Positions 16,879 to 26,737 are shown, counted from the stretch's first letter. The stretch: DNA of 64,000 nucleotides from a virus (IMGVR_UViG_3300033181_000085:9669-73668), one strand, 5' to 3'. The notes: generated from the letters alone by a model not told the origin. Program-made: numbers and translations.

Positions 16879-17284
16879 CCAGGAACCCCGCCTAGTCGAG
16901 AAAGTCCGCACCTTTGACCACGACATCCAGAAGTTTGAATCGAATATTAAAAACCTCAAAGAGATGGCTAAAGAGGCCGTCGAGAAACTGCCAGAACATG
17001 ATGAAGTCGAACGGCTGCAAGAAGAGTTGAAGGTAGCCCGTGAAGCGTTGAAGCAATCAACTTTACGCATGCCAGGCTATAACGACCTACTGAGCCAACT
17101 GGCCGATGAAAAGGATGCGCTCAAAAATGCACGGTTGAACCTGTCGGACTTCCTGCTGGGGTACTTCAAAGAGACAGGTGCGCAACAAATTGAGTTGGAA
17201 CCTCATGATACAAGAGATGTGGTACTCAAGGGAAGACTAGGAAAAGCTAAAGACAATCAGGTATCTATGTTTCACAAGCAATAA
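16868..17284 (+). CDS. Coiled-coil phage protein ('gene X') whose 3' end is duplicated beyond TnpB
   Basis: ATG 16868; C-terminus YFKETG…ELEPHDTRDVVLKGRLGKAKDNQVSMF. Confidence 0.75.
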   Translation: MTPDQEPRLVEKVRTFDHDIQKFESNIKNLKEMAKEAVEKLPEHDEVERLQEELKVAREALKQSTLRMPGYNDLLSQLADEKDALKNARLNLSDFLLGYFKETGAQQIELEPHDTRDVVLKGRLGKAKDNQVSMFHKQ

Positions 17285-17346
17285 AAATGACATATAAACT
17301 CTTAAAAGAGGGTTACAAAATAACAAATAATTTGTAGAATAAGATC

Positions 17347-18519
17347 ATGGAAATAAGAAGAGCTTACCGCGTCCGCATCTACCCCAACAAGGAACAGCAG
17401 CAATCCATGTTGCGGACTATTGGTGCCTGCCGCTGGGTATATAACCACTACCTCGAAGAGCGAAAAAACTACTATCTAGAGACAAAGAAGACACTACCTC
17501 TTAAATTGATGTCGGCGGATTTAACGAAGTTGCGTAGAGAGATGGACTGGTTAAGTGGTGTGAGACTAGCACCATTACAACAGTCAATTCGTTGCCTTGA
17601 TGTAGCATATAATCGATTCTTCCGCAAAGAGGCAGGTTTCCCTAAGTTCAAAAGTAGGAAAGACTGCAAGCAAACATTTCGCAAGCCGAACAAATGGCGT
17701 ATAGAGGGTAAAAAACTCTTAATCCAGTCGGACATATTTGTACGAGCTAGAGGAAAACTACCGCCAAGTAATGCCAAGCTCGGCACCCTTACTATATTCA
17801 CCACCAGAACCGGCAAGTGGTACGCATCCATCAAGTCTACCGAATATACAGAAACCCCAACCGAGCGCACGCCACCCATCGGCATCGACCTCGGTCTCAC
17901 CCATATAGCCATCACCAGTGACGGTAAGAAGTACGATAATCTAACTTTTGCTAAAAAACAGACTAAGCGAATGAAACAGCTCCAACAATCTCTCCGTCGC
18001 AAGCAAAGTGATAGTAATCGCCGCGAGAAAACCAGGTTAAAATTTGCCCGTTTACATGAGAAGATTGCCAACCAGCGCATGAATTATCTACACCAGGTCA
18101 GTAGTGCAATCACCAGCAAGAACCACGCTTTGATTGCAGTAGAGGACTTGGCGGTAGCTAATATGCTAAAGAATCATAGCCTAGCAAGATCGATTGGCGA
18201 CGTAGGCTGGTATGACCTATCGAAACAGATTGAATATAAACAGAAATGGAGCGGTGGCCAGTTCTTCAGGGTCGATAGGTTTTTCCCATCGAGCAAGACT
18301 TGCTCAAACTGCTATTTTGTACGGCAATCTATGTCGCTGGATGCAAGGGAATGGACATGCGAGCGGTGTAGCACTGGGCATGACCGCGACATAAACGCAG
18401 CTAAAAACATATTAAAACAAGCTGAGGTACAGCTTGGCGTGGAGGGTACAGATGGTAGCCGTAAGGTGAGAGTTACTGGCTCAGTGAAGCGCGGATATTC
18501 TATGGGGGTAACCCTGTGA
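17347..18519 (+). CDS. tnpB: RNA-guided endonuclease TnpB (second copy)
   Basis: RRAYRVRIYPN, RuvC GIDLG / IAVEDL / HDRDINAA, Zn finger CSNC…CERC. Confidence 0.95.
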   Translation: MEIRRAYRVRIYPNKEQQQSMLRTIGACRWVYNHYLEERKNYYLETKKTLPLKLMSADLTKLRREMDWLSGVRLAPLQQSIRCLDVAYNRFFRKEAGFPKFKSRKDCKQTFRKPNKWRIEGKKLLIQSDIFVRARGKLPPSNAKLGTLTIFTTRTGKWYASIKSTEYTETPTERTPPIGIDLGLTHIAITSDGKKYDNLTFAKKQTKRMKQLQQSLRRKQSDSNRREKTRLKFARLHEKIANQRMNYLHQVSSAITSKNHALIAVEDLAVANMLKNHSLARSIGDVGWYDLSKQIEYKQKWSGGQFFRVDRFFPSSKTCSNCYFVRQSMSLDAREWTCERCSTGHDRDINAAKNILKQAEVQLGVEGTDGSRKVRVTGSVKRGYSMGVTL

Positions 18520-18522
18520 ATA

Positions 18523-18665
18523 ATTCCTATTCCATGAGACCGGTGTTTGCCATACCAACCTATGAACTTGAGCCCAAAGATGCCAGGGAGGTTATCTTGA
18601 AAGGGAGGCTGGGGAAGGCGAAAGAGTTTCAAACTAATTTGTTCCGACAGGAGAACACAACATGA
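18523..18665 (+). pseudogene. Displaced 3' end of gene X (…ELEPKDAREVILKGRLGKAKEFQTNLFRQENTT*)
   Basis: 16/20 aa identical to 17192-17251; its TGA overlaps the ATG of the next gene (18662). Confidence 0.8.
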
Positions 18666-18961
18666 GCAATGCACAAAGCGACGATCTAGCTTCTTGGCAG
18701 AAATTTATAGGAGTCTTGTTATTTGTAGGTGCTATAACTGCCGCTATTTTCCTTGGTATTAGGTGGCTTAGGCATACAGATGACCAGTATGTGAAAACAA
18801 ACCCCTATCACTACATAGCTGCATATTGTTGGCCAAATAACGAGAAGTGCCAATATCAAGATTACCGGGGATCGCAACCGACCTGTCCTGAATACTATAC
18901 TTGGCAAGACACGGGTGCTGTAGTGAAGCTCGAAGCAGGGACATGTAAGGTTTCGAGATGA
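18662..18961 (+). CDS. Single-TM membrane protein
   Basis: Hydrophobic helix, Cys-rich C-terminus. Confidence 0.6.
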   Translation: MSNAQSDDLASWQKFIGVLLFVGAITAAIFLGIRWLRHTDDQYVKTNPYHYIAAYCWPNNEKCQYQDYRGSQPTCPEYYTWQDTGAVVKLEAGTCKVSR

Positions 18962-19199
18962 GCAAACCCTATTATTCAGCAGAATGCCTGCGTTGCAGTT
19001 TGAAGACTCGAAAGCTGCCCCCACGATCAAAAAAGGCCAAACCGTCTATGCAACCATCCCAGGCACCACTAACAGAAATCCTATGCGCGTTGCGAACGTC
19101 ACAAAGCAAGGTGAGTAACTAGAGTTGGAGGAGGCATGAATACGCCACCATAACCTGCAAGTAGCAGATGCATTAATCAACTAAACGAGGAACCATCAT

Positions 19200-19796
19200 A
19201 TGACCATCAAACAAGTAGCCGAAGCAGTTAAAGCCAACCCGAAGCGGATACAGGCCGCTCTCGTCGCCATTGTGCTCATTTCAACGACTGCCGCTGTTGC
19301 TATGCCGCATATCGCTCACGCTGGCAGTCCATCAGCATCAACTCCAGATAATGGTACACAAAACCAAGAGCAAAATATCACGGAGCAGAATCAGGCAACG
19401 CTTGACAAGAACCAGCCAATTCCTCAACTGACCCACTCGCTTGAACGAGACAACCTCATCAAGAAACTGAACTTTACGAATAATGCTAACCAACTGGGCT
19501 ACGTGTATTTACTCGGCTTAAACGGCAGTGTTATCGCCAGCTATACCGTCAAAGGTAAAGTCAGTTCGCTTAATTCACTATTAACCACGACATCACAGAT
19601 TCAATGCCCAGGAACCAACAATAGCTGTATAACCACACCGAGTCCAGATTTAGACGGTAGCTATGGCAATAACCCAAATGGCATATTCTTCTTCACGACC
19701 ACCGGGGCGTATGTAGAATGGTCTGGCACTTATATTTACTCCAGTCAACCGTTGAATATCCAAACTCCCGTGAGCCTGACCGAACAAGTACATTAA
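19200..19796 (+). CDS. Conserved secreted phage protein (SLERDNL…GKVSSLNS…PDLDGSYG…YVEWSG)
   Basis: Signal/TM segment; recognisable uncharacterised phage family. Confidence 0.75.
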   Translation: MTIKQVAEAVKANPKRIQAALVAIVLISTTAAVAMPHIAHAGSPSASTPDNGTQNQEQNITEQNQATLDKNQPIPQLTHSLERDNLIKKLNFTNNANQLGYVYLLGLNGSVIASYTVKGKVSSLNSLLTTTSQIQCPGTNNSCITTPSPDLDGSYGNNPNGIFFFTTTGAYVEWSGTYIYSSQPLNIQTPVSLTEQVH

Positions 19797-19797
19797 T

Positions 19798-20172
19798 ATG
19801 GTCTTTTGGATTCACTTCATTTACTGGCTGCACTGGGGTTTAGACATTGCATTCGTCATAGCCTGTCTCGGCGTCATCTTCCATCCCCACTTACTGGCTC
19901 GCCTATACGTGATGGTGTTTCTAGGGCAGCAACTAGTATTAAACGGTTGCCTCATGTCCTGGCTGGAAAGTAAAGCTGAAGTGGCGGCTGGATACCATAC
20001 TATGCCAAATAAGTTCATCATGGCCGAAGTGTTCCACGGGTCAGTCGTAACAGTATATAAAGCACTATTCCTGGTCGTAGCACTCTGGCAGCTCTATTAC
20101 ATAATTAAGGAAATTACATCATGGATAATCAAGAAAAAGGCAACACGGCACTTATCGTCATCGGCAGTATAG
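19798..20172 (+). CDS. Integral membrane protein (DUF2784-like)
   Basis: Three hydrophobic segments, GCLMSWLE motif. Confidence 0.5.
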   Translation: MVFWIHFIYWLHWGLDIAFVIACLGVIFHPHLLARLYVMVFLGQQLVLNGCLMSWLESKAEVAAGYHTMPNKFIMAEVFHGSVVTVYKALFLVVALWQLYYIIKEITSWIIKKKATRHLSSSAV

Positions 20173-20591
20173 TTGGTTTTTTTGTACTGATAATCGGATT
20201 ACCGCTACTGTTCGCCTGGCTTGGGCTTATCACCCTGCCCTTCCTGAAGTTCGAGAACAAAGTAGCATTGAATCAGGGCGTCATCAACAAGACATATAAC
20301 ACCGAATACTGCCTGAACAATTACCACTGGTTTTTGGAGACCGACCAAGCCATTCAGCAATCAGATACGCAAATAGCCAACGTGCAGCAACAGATTAGCG
20401 ACTTCAAGGCAACTTTCGGTACCGATGCCTCAAAGTGGAACTTCGCAGCTACGCAGCAATACGGTCAAGAATCTGCCAGCCTGGCAGGTTTGCGGAATTA
20501 CCGGGCTGACTTAGTTGGCCAGTACAATGCCAAAACACAGGAGCTTGATCGCGTAGCCTGCAAAAATCTACCACTATACATCCAACCCTAA
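20121..20591 (+). CDS. Membrane-anchored coiled-coil phage protein (partner of 19200-19796)
   Basis: TM, NYHWF…YNAKT motifs. Confidence 0.7.
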   Translation: MDNQEKGNTALIVIGSIVGFFVLIIGLPLLFAWLGLITLPFLKFENKVALNQGVINKTYNTEYCLNNYHWFLETDQAIQQSDTQIANVQQQISDFKATFGTDASKWNFAATQQYGQESASLAGLRNYRADLVGQYNAKTQELDRVACKNLPLYIQP

Positions 20592-20619
20592 CCACTAATA
20601 AATAAGGAGATTTAGCACT

Positions 20620-20844
20620 ATGAAAATTCAACTCAGCAAGGCTAACGCCTTCCAAATCGACCCTAGCAAGAAGTACCTGGTACTACTAACCACACCGGAG
20701 CTTATGACAAAGTCCGAGGTAGAAGAGGCGAATAAACTTATCCGCCAGCACTTTCCCAACATGAGTATCGTTTGTTTTAATCCGGGGATTAAGTATAAGG
20801 TGGTGGAGGCGGCAAATGCAGAAAATATCGAACAAACTGCTTAA
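20620..20844 (+). CDS. Phage hypothetical protein
   Basis: SD and ORF. Confidence 0.55.
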   Translation: MKIQLSKANAFQIDPSKKYLVLLTTPELMTKSEVEEANKLIRQHFPNMSIVCFNPGIKYKVVEAANAENIEQTA

Positions 20845-21988
20845 TTGGGCTTCGATACTTGAGCCGAATACCCGTGCTCAGGCGGAGTTAGCTAGCACTA
20901 TGCCATTCATACAGCCTTACCTGGCACTTATGCCAGACGCGCATTTAGGCAAAGGCGCGACAGTCGGCTCAGTCATTCCTACGATAGGCGCGATTATGCC
21001 TGCCGCGGTCGGTGTTGACATTGGCTGCGGGATGATAGCGGTTAAAACCCAGTTCAAGAGCCAAGACGTCCTGTCGAAAGATCGGAGCGTTTTACGCCAC
21101 AGCATAGAGCGTTCCATTCCATTATCAGCCGGGTCATTTAATCATAAGATTATCCCTACCGTAGAAGCACGGATTACGGAACTTGAGGAAATGGCGGGCG
21201 ACAGGTTGTCATTCTATGATGGTTTGACGCGCACCAGCTGGCGTTACCAAATCGGTACGCTTGGTTCAGGCAATCACTTTATAGAAGTGACAGTAGACGA
21301 AGAAGATACTGTGTGGCTGTTCCTGCACTCCGGTAGCCGTGGTATCGGCAATTCGATAGCCATGAAGCACATCAAAGTAGCCGTAGACAACATGAAGAAG
21401 TGGTACATCACCCTTCCCGACCCTGATTTGTCTTACCTAGTAGAAGGAACGCCAGAGTTTGACCTCTACATCCGCGATCTGAATTGGGCGCAGCACTTCG
21501 CTCTTCTGAACCGCGAGGAAATGATGGATAGGCTCATACACGACTTTGAGCACTTTATGGGTGAGCCGGTACAAGAATCCGAACGAATTAACTGCCATCA
21601 CAACTTCACTCTTAAAGAGCATCACATGGGGCGCGATATGTGGCTGAGCCGTAAAGGTGCTATCCAGGCCGATAAAGGCCGTCCTGGGCTTATACCTGGC
21701 TCGATGGGTACGGCAAGCTATGTTGTCGAAGGCAAAGGCAATCCTGCATCGTTCAATTCCAGTCCGCATGGGGCTGGCCGCAATTATGGCCGTAACGAAG
21801 CCAAGAAACGGTTCACGCTTGAAGATATGGACAAAGCGATGGTCGGCATCGAGTACAACCGCTCAGAGGCGTTTTTAGATGAAATCCCCGGTGCGTACAA
21901 AGACATTGATGTTGTCATGGAAGACGCGAAAGACCTGGTAGAAATCAAGCACACGCTGCATCAAATAGTAAATGTGAAAGGAGATTAG
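20816..21988 (+). CDS. rtcB: RtcB-family RNA ligase
   Basis: MPDAHLGKG, VGVDIGCG, GTLGSGNHF, HSGSRG, CHHN, IPGSMG, HGAGR, YKDID motifs. Confidence 0.97.
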   Translation: MQKISNKLLNWASILEPNTRAQAELASTMPFIQPYLALMPDAHLGKGATVGSVIPTIGAIMPAAVGVDIGCGMIAVKTQFKSQDVLSKDRSVLRHSIERSIPLSAGSFNHKIIPTVEARITELEEMAGDRLSFYDGLTRTSWRYQIGTLGSGNHFIEVTVDEEDTVWLFLHSGSRGIGNSIAMKHIKVAVDNMKKWYITLPDPDLSYLVEGTPEFDLYIRDLNWAQHFALLNREEMMDRLIHDFEHFMGEPVQESERINCHHNFTLKEHHMGRDMWLSRKGAIQADKGRPGLIPGSMGTASYVVEGKGNPASFNSSPHGAGRNYGRNEAKKRFTLEDMDKAMVGIEYNRSEAFLDEIPGAYKDIDVVMEDAKDLVEIKHTLHQIVNVKGD

Positions 21989-21989
21989 T

Positions 21990-22442
21990 ATGCCATATGG
22001 AGATAAAACGGTGGAAAGGTTAATCGGAAAGACCATCCAGAAAATATACCTGAACTCGGTCTACCTAAAGTTTGAAACAGATTTAGGCAATATCGTGTTT
22101 ACGGTAGACGGCGATTGTTGCTCACATAGCTATTTTCACGACTTTATTGGAGTCGAGAAGCTACTAAAAGGCAATCCTGTAATATCGGTAAACACCGTGG
22201 AGCTAACACTAGAAGACAGCCCGAACCAAGTTAATGAGAACGATGACGAGAGTATTGCTTGTTACGGATACCAGCTAGTGACCGAAGACCCAGCGTTAGG
22301 CGAGGTCACATCGGTTTTCTCATTCCGCAATTCCAGCAATGGTTATTACGGGGGCAGCCTTGAAAACGCTGATGATAGTACCGTGGTGGAACCGCAGATC
22401 ACGAACGACGTACTAGAAGCCGTACATAGTGCGGAGTCGTAA
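21990..22442 (+). CDS. Conserved phage hypothetical (DCCS…NSSNGYYGG)
   Basis: Widespread phage motif. Confidence 0.7.
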   Translation: MPYGDKTVERLIGKTIQKIYLNSVYLKFETDLGNIVFTVDGDCCSHSYFHDFIGVEKLLKGNPVISVNTVELTLEDSPNQVNENDDESIACYGYQLVTEDPALGEVTSVFSFRNSSNGYYGGSLENADDSTVVEPQITNDVLEAVHSAES

Positions 22443-22627
22443 TGACTAGCTTCCCCACTAATCCTACACGAAACGATTTGATCGAAAAATACTGGTATGA
22501 GTTCCTCAAATTTCAGCAAGCCGAGATCGGGAAGCGCACAGGCAACGACCCTGCCATATCAAAGACCGATTTTAGCGAAGGAGCATTTTGGGCATGGTTA
22601 ACGGCATATAGGCTTCAAGGAGAGTAA
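22442..22627 (+). CDS. Small phage hypothetical
   Basis: TAATG-coupled ORF. Confidence 0.55.
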   Translation: MTSFPTNPTRNDLIEKYWYEFLKFQQAEIGKRTGNDPAISKTDFSEGAFWAWLTAYRLQGE

Positions 22628-23355
22628 TGAAGAAACCATCAGAAGACGATCTAGTACTGAGGATTTGCAGAAACGGCCATAAAGGTCATTGTTGTCTAGA
22701 TTCTCTGGGTCGAGTTATATGTAGAGCATGCACATCCGCCTACAATGCCGAGCTATGGGACAAGAAGCATCCTCGGCAGCCGATCCTATGGCTAGAAGGC
22801 GAAGAGTGGCGGCCAATTTTAGGCCATGAAGGGTTGTATGAAGTGAGTGGCTTAGGGCGTATACGTTCATTTGATAGGAGAATTAAAGGACGCAATGGAA
22901 CGTTAAAGCGATTAAGAGGCGTCATTTATAAAAATGCTCGTACTAAAAGAGGGTACGAAACGGTGATGCTGGTTAAAGACGAAAAGTGGAAGGGCAACCT
23001 TGTACATCGACTCGTAGCGAGTGCATTCATAGAGAATCGCCTAAACCTTCCGCAGGTAAACCACATAGATGGTAATAAGACCAATAATCATGTTTCCAAT
23101 CTTGAGTGGGTGGATAACCTCACTAACCATCGTAAAGCAGCCGAGATAGGGCTTCTAGCCCACGGGGAGCGCCACTATCACGCTAAGCTGTCGAATAAGG
23201 ACGTTGAAGCGATATGCTCGCTTTTCGGCAAAACTAAGCAGGTTGAAATCGCTAAGAGGTTCAACATCTCTGTATCGGTAGTATCGAGCATAAAATCGCG
23301 GGCAGCATGGAGATATATACAAGATATGAATGAAAATAAAATTAAGGAGAATTAA
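22627..23355 (+). CDS. NUMOD4-HNH homing endonuclease
   Basis: EEWRPILGHEGLYEVSGLGRIRS (NUMOD4); VHRLVASAF…VNHIDGNKTNNHVSNLEW. Confidence 0.92.
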   Translation: MKKPSEDDLVLRICRNGHKGHCCLDSLGRVICRACTSAYNAELWDKKHPRQPILWLEGEEWRPILGHEGLYEVSGLGRIRSFDRRIKGRNGTLKRLRGVIYKNARTKRGYETVMLVKDEKWKGNLVHRLVASAFIENRLNLPQVNHIDGNKTNNHVSNLEWVDNLTNHRKAAEIGLLAHGERHYHAKLSNKDVEAICSLFGKTKQVEIAKRFNISVSVVSSIKSRAAWRYIQDMNENKIKEN

Positions 23356-23505
23356 TATGCCCATGCGTCTACAAACCGAACCACCCATGCAAGAATATGT
23401 AGAGGACGACCAGAGAATGTTCGCATTTTGTATGTACCTAACGGTCATTGTCGGCCTATCTGTAATCGCGCTGGTGCTGCACTATCATTTCGTAAAGCAA
23501 CACCT

Positions 23506-23772
23506 ATGAAAGATACCCTGATAAAACAGATGATGAACGCGCTCACCCAAGACGGTACACCCGTGAGTATGATTCAGTGCAATAACTGCGACCTGGTAAG
23601 TGCCTGGCAGCCGACCGATGTTACTGCCGAGCAGCTTGAGAAGCATGGCAAAGAGACTATCATGCGCATGAAAGAACACTTCAAAGAAGCAGGCTGGCAA
23701 ACATCGTGGGGATATGATCTTTGTCTGGAGTGCGCGCAAGAACATGGGAAAGCAACCCCAAGTAAGCCGTAG
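23506..23772 (+). CDS. Small Zn-binding phage hypothetical
   Basis: CNNC…DLCLEC. Confidence 0.6.
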   Translation: MKDTLIKQMMNALTQDGTPVSMIQCNNCDLVSAWQPTDVTAEQLEKHGKETIMRMKEHFKEAGWQTSWGYDLCLECAQEHGKATPSKP

Positions 23773-23832
23773 AGAGAAAATCAAACGCCCTGTTTGACCT
23801 GTATAGGATTATTTATCACAGAGAACACTAGT

Positions 23833-23964
23833 GGGGGTACCCTGTATTGAGTGAGTCATGGAAAAGAGAAGTCTCAGGTGAACTGCTTGAAGCTCCAAAA
23901 ACGGCTGGTGTTCGGCAGAACCAACTTTGACTTGCTACGGCTCCGCACGCTCTACCACGCTTAA
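23833..23964 (+). pseudogene. Degenerate C-terminal fragment of an ISL3-family transposase
   Basis: Translates …SQVNCLKLQKRLVFGRTNFDLLRLRTLYHA*, matching the ISL3 EGxVNRLKLIKRxMYGRAxFDLLRxRVL tail. Confidence 0.6.
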
Positions 23965-24069
23965 TCTCTTCTGATGGTCCAATTCAGGTCAACTCGCAAA
24001 CTTATCCTGAGTGTCTTTCCCTATGATTTGATATTTCTTTGCGACAAACGTCCTCTTATACTGTAGGGA

Positions 24070-24813
24070 TTGTACTTCTCAGATCTCTTACTTTCACATT
24101 GGATGAGCTTCCATAGTATATGGGGAAAAACGAGGGACATCACCTTGGCAGTTGCCATACTCGGAACTGTTGTGACAGCTCTTGGTTGGTTAGTAACTCA
24201 TATTCTTTCCACTTCTGCAGAAAACCGTCGGCAGAGACTGATTTCCGAAATGGAGTTTACACAACAACAACTTAAAGAACTTTACGGGCCGATAGCTTTT
24301 CTCGTTTGGGAAGGACGGCAATCATATCAAGATTTGCTTTCGTCACTTGGCCTGCATCAGCCCCTAGATGAAGAGAGCATTCGATCCGAAGAAGGACTCA
24401 AGACTTGGCTCTTCTGGGTTGAAAACGAATTCTTACCACGTGATAAAAAAATCGAAGAGCTTCTTTCCAAGAAGACCCATTTAATTGAAGGTGAGACCAT
24501 TCCGGAAAGCTTTCTCTCCTTCTTGAACTATCATAATTCGTGGAGAGTTAATCATGAAAGATGGCAGAAACAAGGGGTAGAATATAGATGGCTGCCTAAG
24601 CACCAGTGGCCTGACCAATTCGATGAAGAAGTTCTCTTCGGGTTTGCAGAACTGAAGAAGCGTCACTCAGTGCTCATGGACATGCTTTCAGAATCTCCAA
24701 GCCCTCGACACTATATATCGAGAAAGCTCCGTCAGAAGAAGCGGATTGATCAAAAACAATCAAGCTCATTTAATCTTGGGGAGAACCCGAATGTGACTGT
24801 CAAAAACAATTAA
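24070..24813 (+). CDS. Membrane-anchored hypothetical protein (bacterial-type)
   Basis: N-terminal TM, QQQLKELYGP…HLIEG..IPESF motifs. Confidence 0.65.
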   Translation: MYFSDLLLSHWMSFHSIWGKTRDITLAVAILGTVVTALGWLVTHILSTSAENRRQRLISEMEFTQQQLKELYGPIAFLVWEGRQSYQDLLSSLGLHQPLDEESIRSEEGLKTWLFWVENEFLPRDKKIEELLSKKTHLIEGETIPESFLSFLNYHNSWRVNHERWQKQGVEYRWLPKHQWPDQFDEEVLFGFAELKKRHSVLMDMLSESPSPRHYISRKLRQKKRIDQKQSSSFNLGENPNVTVKNN

Positions 24814-24934
24814 GGCGGTCTTCACCGGAAGCACCCAAGAGCTACTTTATCTTGCACCTGATAGTACTTTCTGCAGGAGTCAGGTAGAGATACCTCATCG
24901 TCAGTCTCTCAATTGATCTGTTTGATGTGGTATC

Positions 24935-26182
24935 ATGAGGGACCTTTCTCTTTCTGAGTTGGTCAATCAACGTATTGTGGAGGCAAGGTTTATGGGCTGG
25001 CTTAAAAAAGACACATGGAGAGTGGCAATTTCGCTGGCAGGACTGCTGCTACTTTTGGTACTCATGGTACTAATCCCACTATCAGCTAGTGCATCTGCGG
25101 CAACATCGGAACTCACCATAGTAGGAACAGCGCAGGCAACGCCGACAGTAGACTTGACGGTCACGGCGTTGGCGAAAGAGCAACTTACGTTACAGGTTAA
25201 ACAGTTACTGCAGAACGAAGATCGAAGCGTTGACGCATGGGTGTGGAATAACGCTGCTGCTATTGTAGCGAGTTTCTTGTCAACGCTCGTCGTGGTTATT
25301 GGCGCACTGATTGGCTTTCGGCAGTGGCGAACGAATCGAAACGATACTCTCACCAAAGAGGCGACTGACCGGAAAGAATCACAGGATAAAGAGCTGAGGG
25401 CCCAAGCAGAAGAGCGTTTCAAGGCTGCGGTTACTGCTCTGGGGAGCGAAAACAAAGCCACTCAGGTCGGGGGCGCTATTCTCCTTCGGTCTTTTCTTAA
25501 CCTGGAAGATAGTGAGATCTACGGGCGCTATTATGCACAAATATTTGATCTTGCTGTTGCTTATTTGTACTCTTCAAATGACCTCGCAGAAGAACCAGAT
25601 ACTTATTTGCCGCTTACTCCACTCAGGCAAACACTAATTAATGTCTTTAAAGAAGTCTTTCCGCTTGCACGGAGCAGGTTGGGCCCAATAAAAGTTACGG
25701 GAGATGCTCGGTCACTTGATGCATCACGTATTCAGTTAGATGGTGCGTTTCTCGCTGTGTCCGATTTAAAGTATATTTGGATGCAAGCCGCTTCTTTGAG
25801 AAACGCTAACCTGATACACGCTAACCTGGTGGGTGCCTTTCTCTTCAACGCTGATCTGGATAAGACAGATCTTACTGGAGCAGATCTCACTGGAGCTATT
25901 TTGAGTAAATCCAACCTCTGCAATATCCAACTTAACGAAGCCAAGCTCATTGAGGCTAGCCTCCAGTTGGTTGATTTCACTAGAGCTAATCTCAAAGAAG
26001 CGGATCTTCATGGTGCTAACTTGAGCAACTCCAACCTCGAAAAAGCTCGCTCCTTGAAGAACACTAATCTACGTGGTGTTACAGGCCTGACCATAGCGCA
26101 GCTCGAAGCCTGTAAAGCAAAAGGCGCAATTGTCGACGAAGATATTATGGGGAGTTCGCCCGATCCTACCATTCCACCTTAA
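24935..26182 (+). CDS. Membrane-anchored pentapeptide-repeat protein
   Basis: Two TM segments, RFKAAVTALGS…VGGAILL, A(D/N)LxxA repeats in the C-terminal third. Confidence 0.85.
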   Translation: MRDLSLSELVNQRIVEARFMGWLKKDTWRVAISLAGLLLLLVLMVLIPLSASASAATSELTIVGTAQATPTVDLTVTALAKEQLTLQVKQLLQNEDRSVDAWVWNNAAAIVASFLSTLVVVIGALIGFRQWRTNRNDTLTKEATDRKESQDKELRAQAEERFKAAVTALGSENKATQVGGAILLRSFLNLEDSEIYGRYYAQIFDLAVAYLYSSNDLAEEPDTYLPLTPLRQTLINVFKEVFPLARSRLGPIKVTGDARSLDASRIQLDGAFLAVSDLKYIWMQAASLRNANLIHANLVGAFLFNADLDKTDLTGADLTGAILSKSNLCNIQLNEAKLIEASLQLVDFTRANLKEADLHGANLSNSNLEKARSLKNTNLRGVTGLTIAQLEACKAKGAIVDEDIMGSSPDPTIPP

Positions 26183-26356
26183 CCAGCAACGCAGCAATCA
26201 TCTTGATTTTCACATTATGCTCATGCATACTTAGCGTCAGCAAAATAAAAATTAAGAGGTGTGAGATGAAAAAACAGGTAGCAACATTGCTCGCTGTAAT
26301 AGTCGGTTTTTGCTATGGGCTGCACGACGTAATAACTGAGTAAGGAGGATAGATTT

Positions 26357-26650
26357 ATATCGGGAACAATCGCTGGTGGCGGAGCTGCCAGAGACAAGAA
26401 CTACGAGCTATATGGACGGGACTTTTATCGTCGGATCGGAAAAATCGGCGGATCACGTTCTACTACAGGTGGATTTTACAAGAACCGCGACCTTGCCCGT
26501 GTCGCCGGAGCAATGGGTGGCAGCATGAGCCGTCGTGGGGGTAAGAAGATCAGCGAAAGAGAGCGCCGGGAAATCCGACGTGCTTATCAGGAACTGCTGG
26601 CGGTACATACGAAAGCGAAACGGGAGCGGAAGGCTTTCAGCTATGCGTAG
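26357..26650 (+). pseudogene. KGG-repeat stress-protein-like gene with ATA in place of the start codon
   Basis: SD AGGAGG then ATA TCG GGA ACA; SGTIAGG…YGRDFYRRIGKIGG…GGFYKNRDLARVAGAMGG. Confidence 0.6.
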
Positions 26651-26737
26651 AGCTTACTGGTAACGATCAAAAGATAGATGTATTTCTTGCTATACTAAAG
26701 CTGAAGCGTCAAGCTTCATTAATCAATAAGGAAACAT

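Noticed and set aside
6810-18519. TnpB copies as nuclease-dead TldR-like regulators
   Set aside because: All three RuvC acidic residues and the Zn finger appear intact in both.
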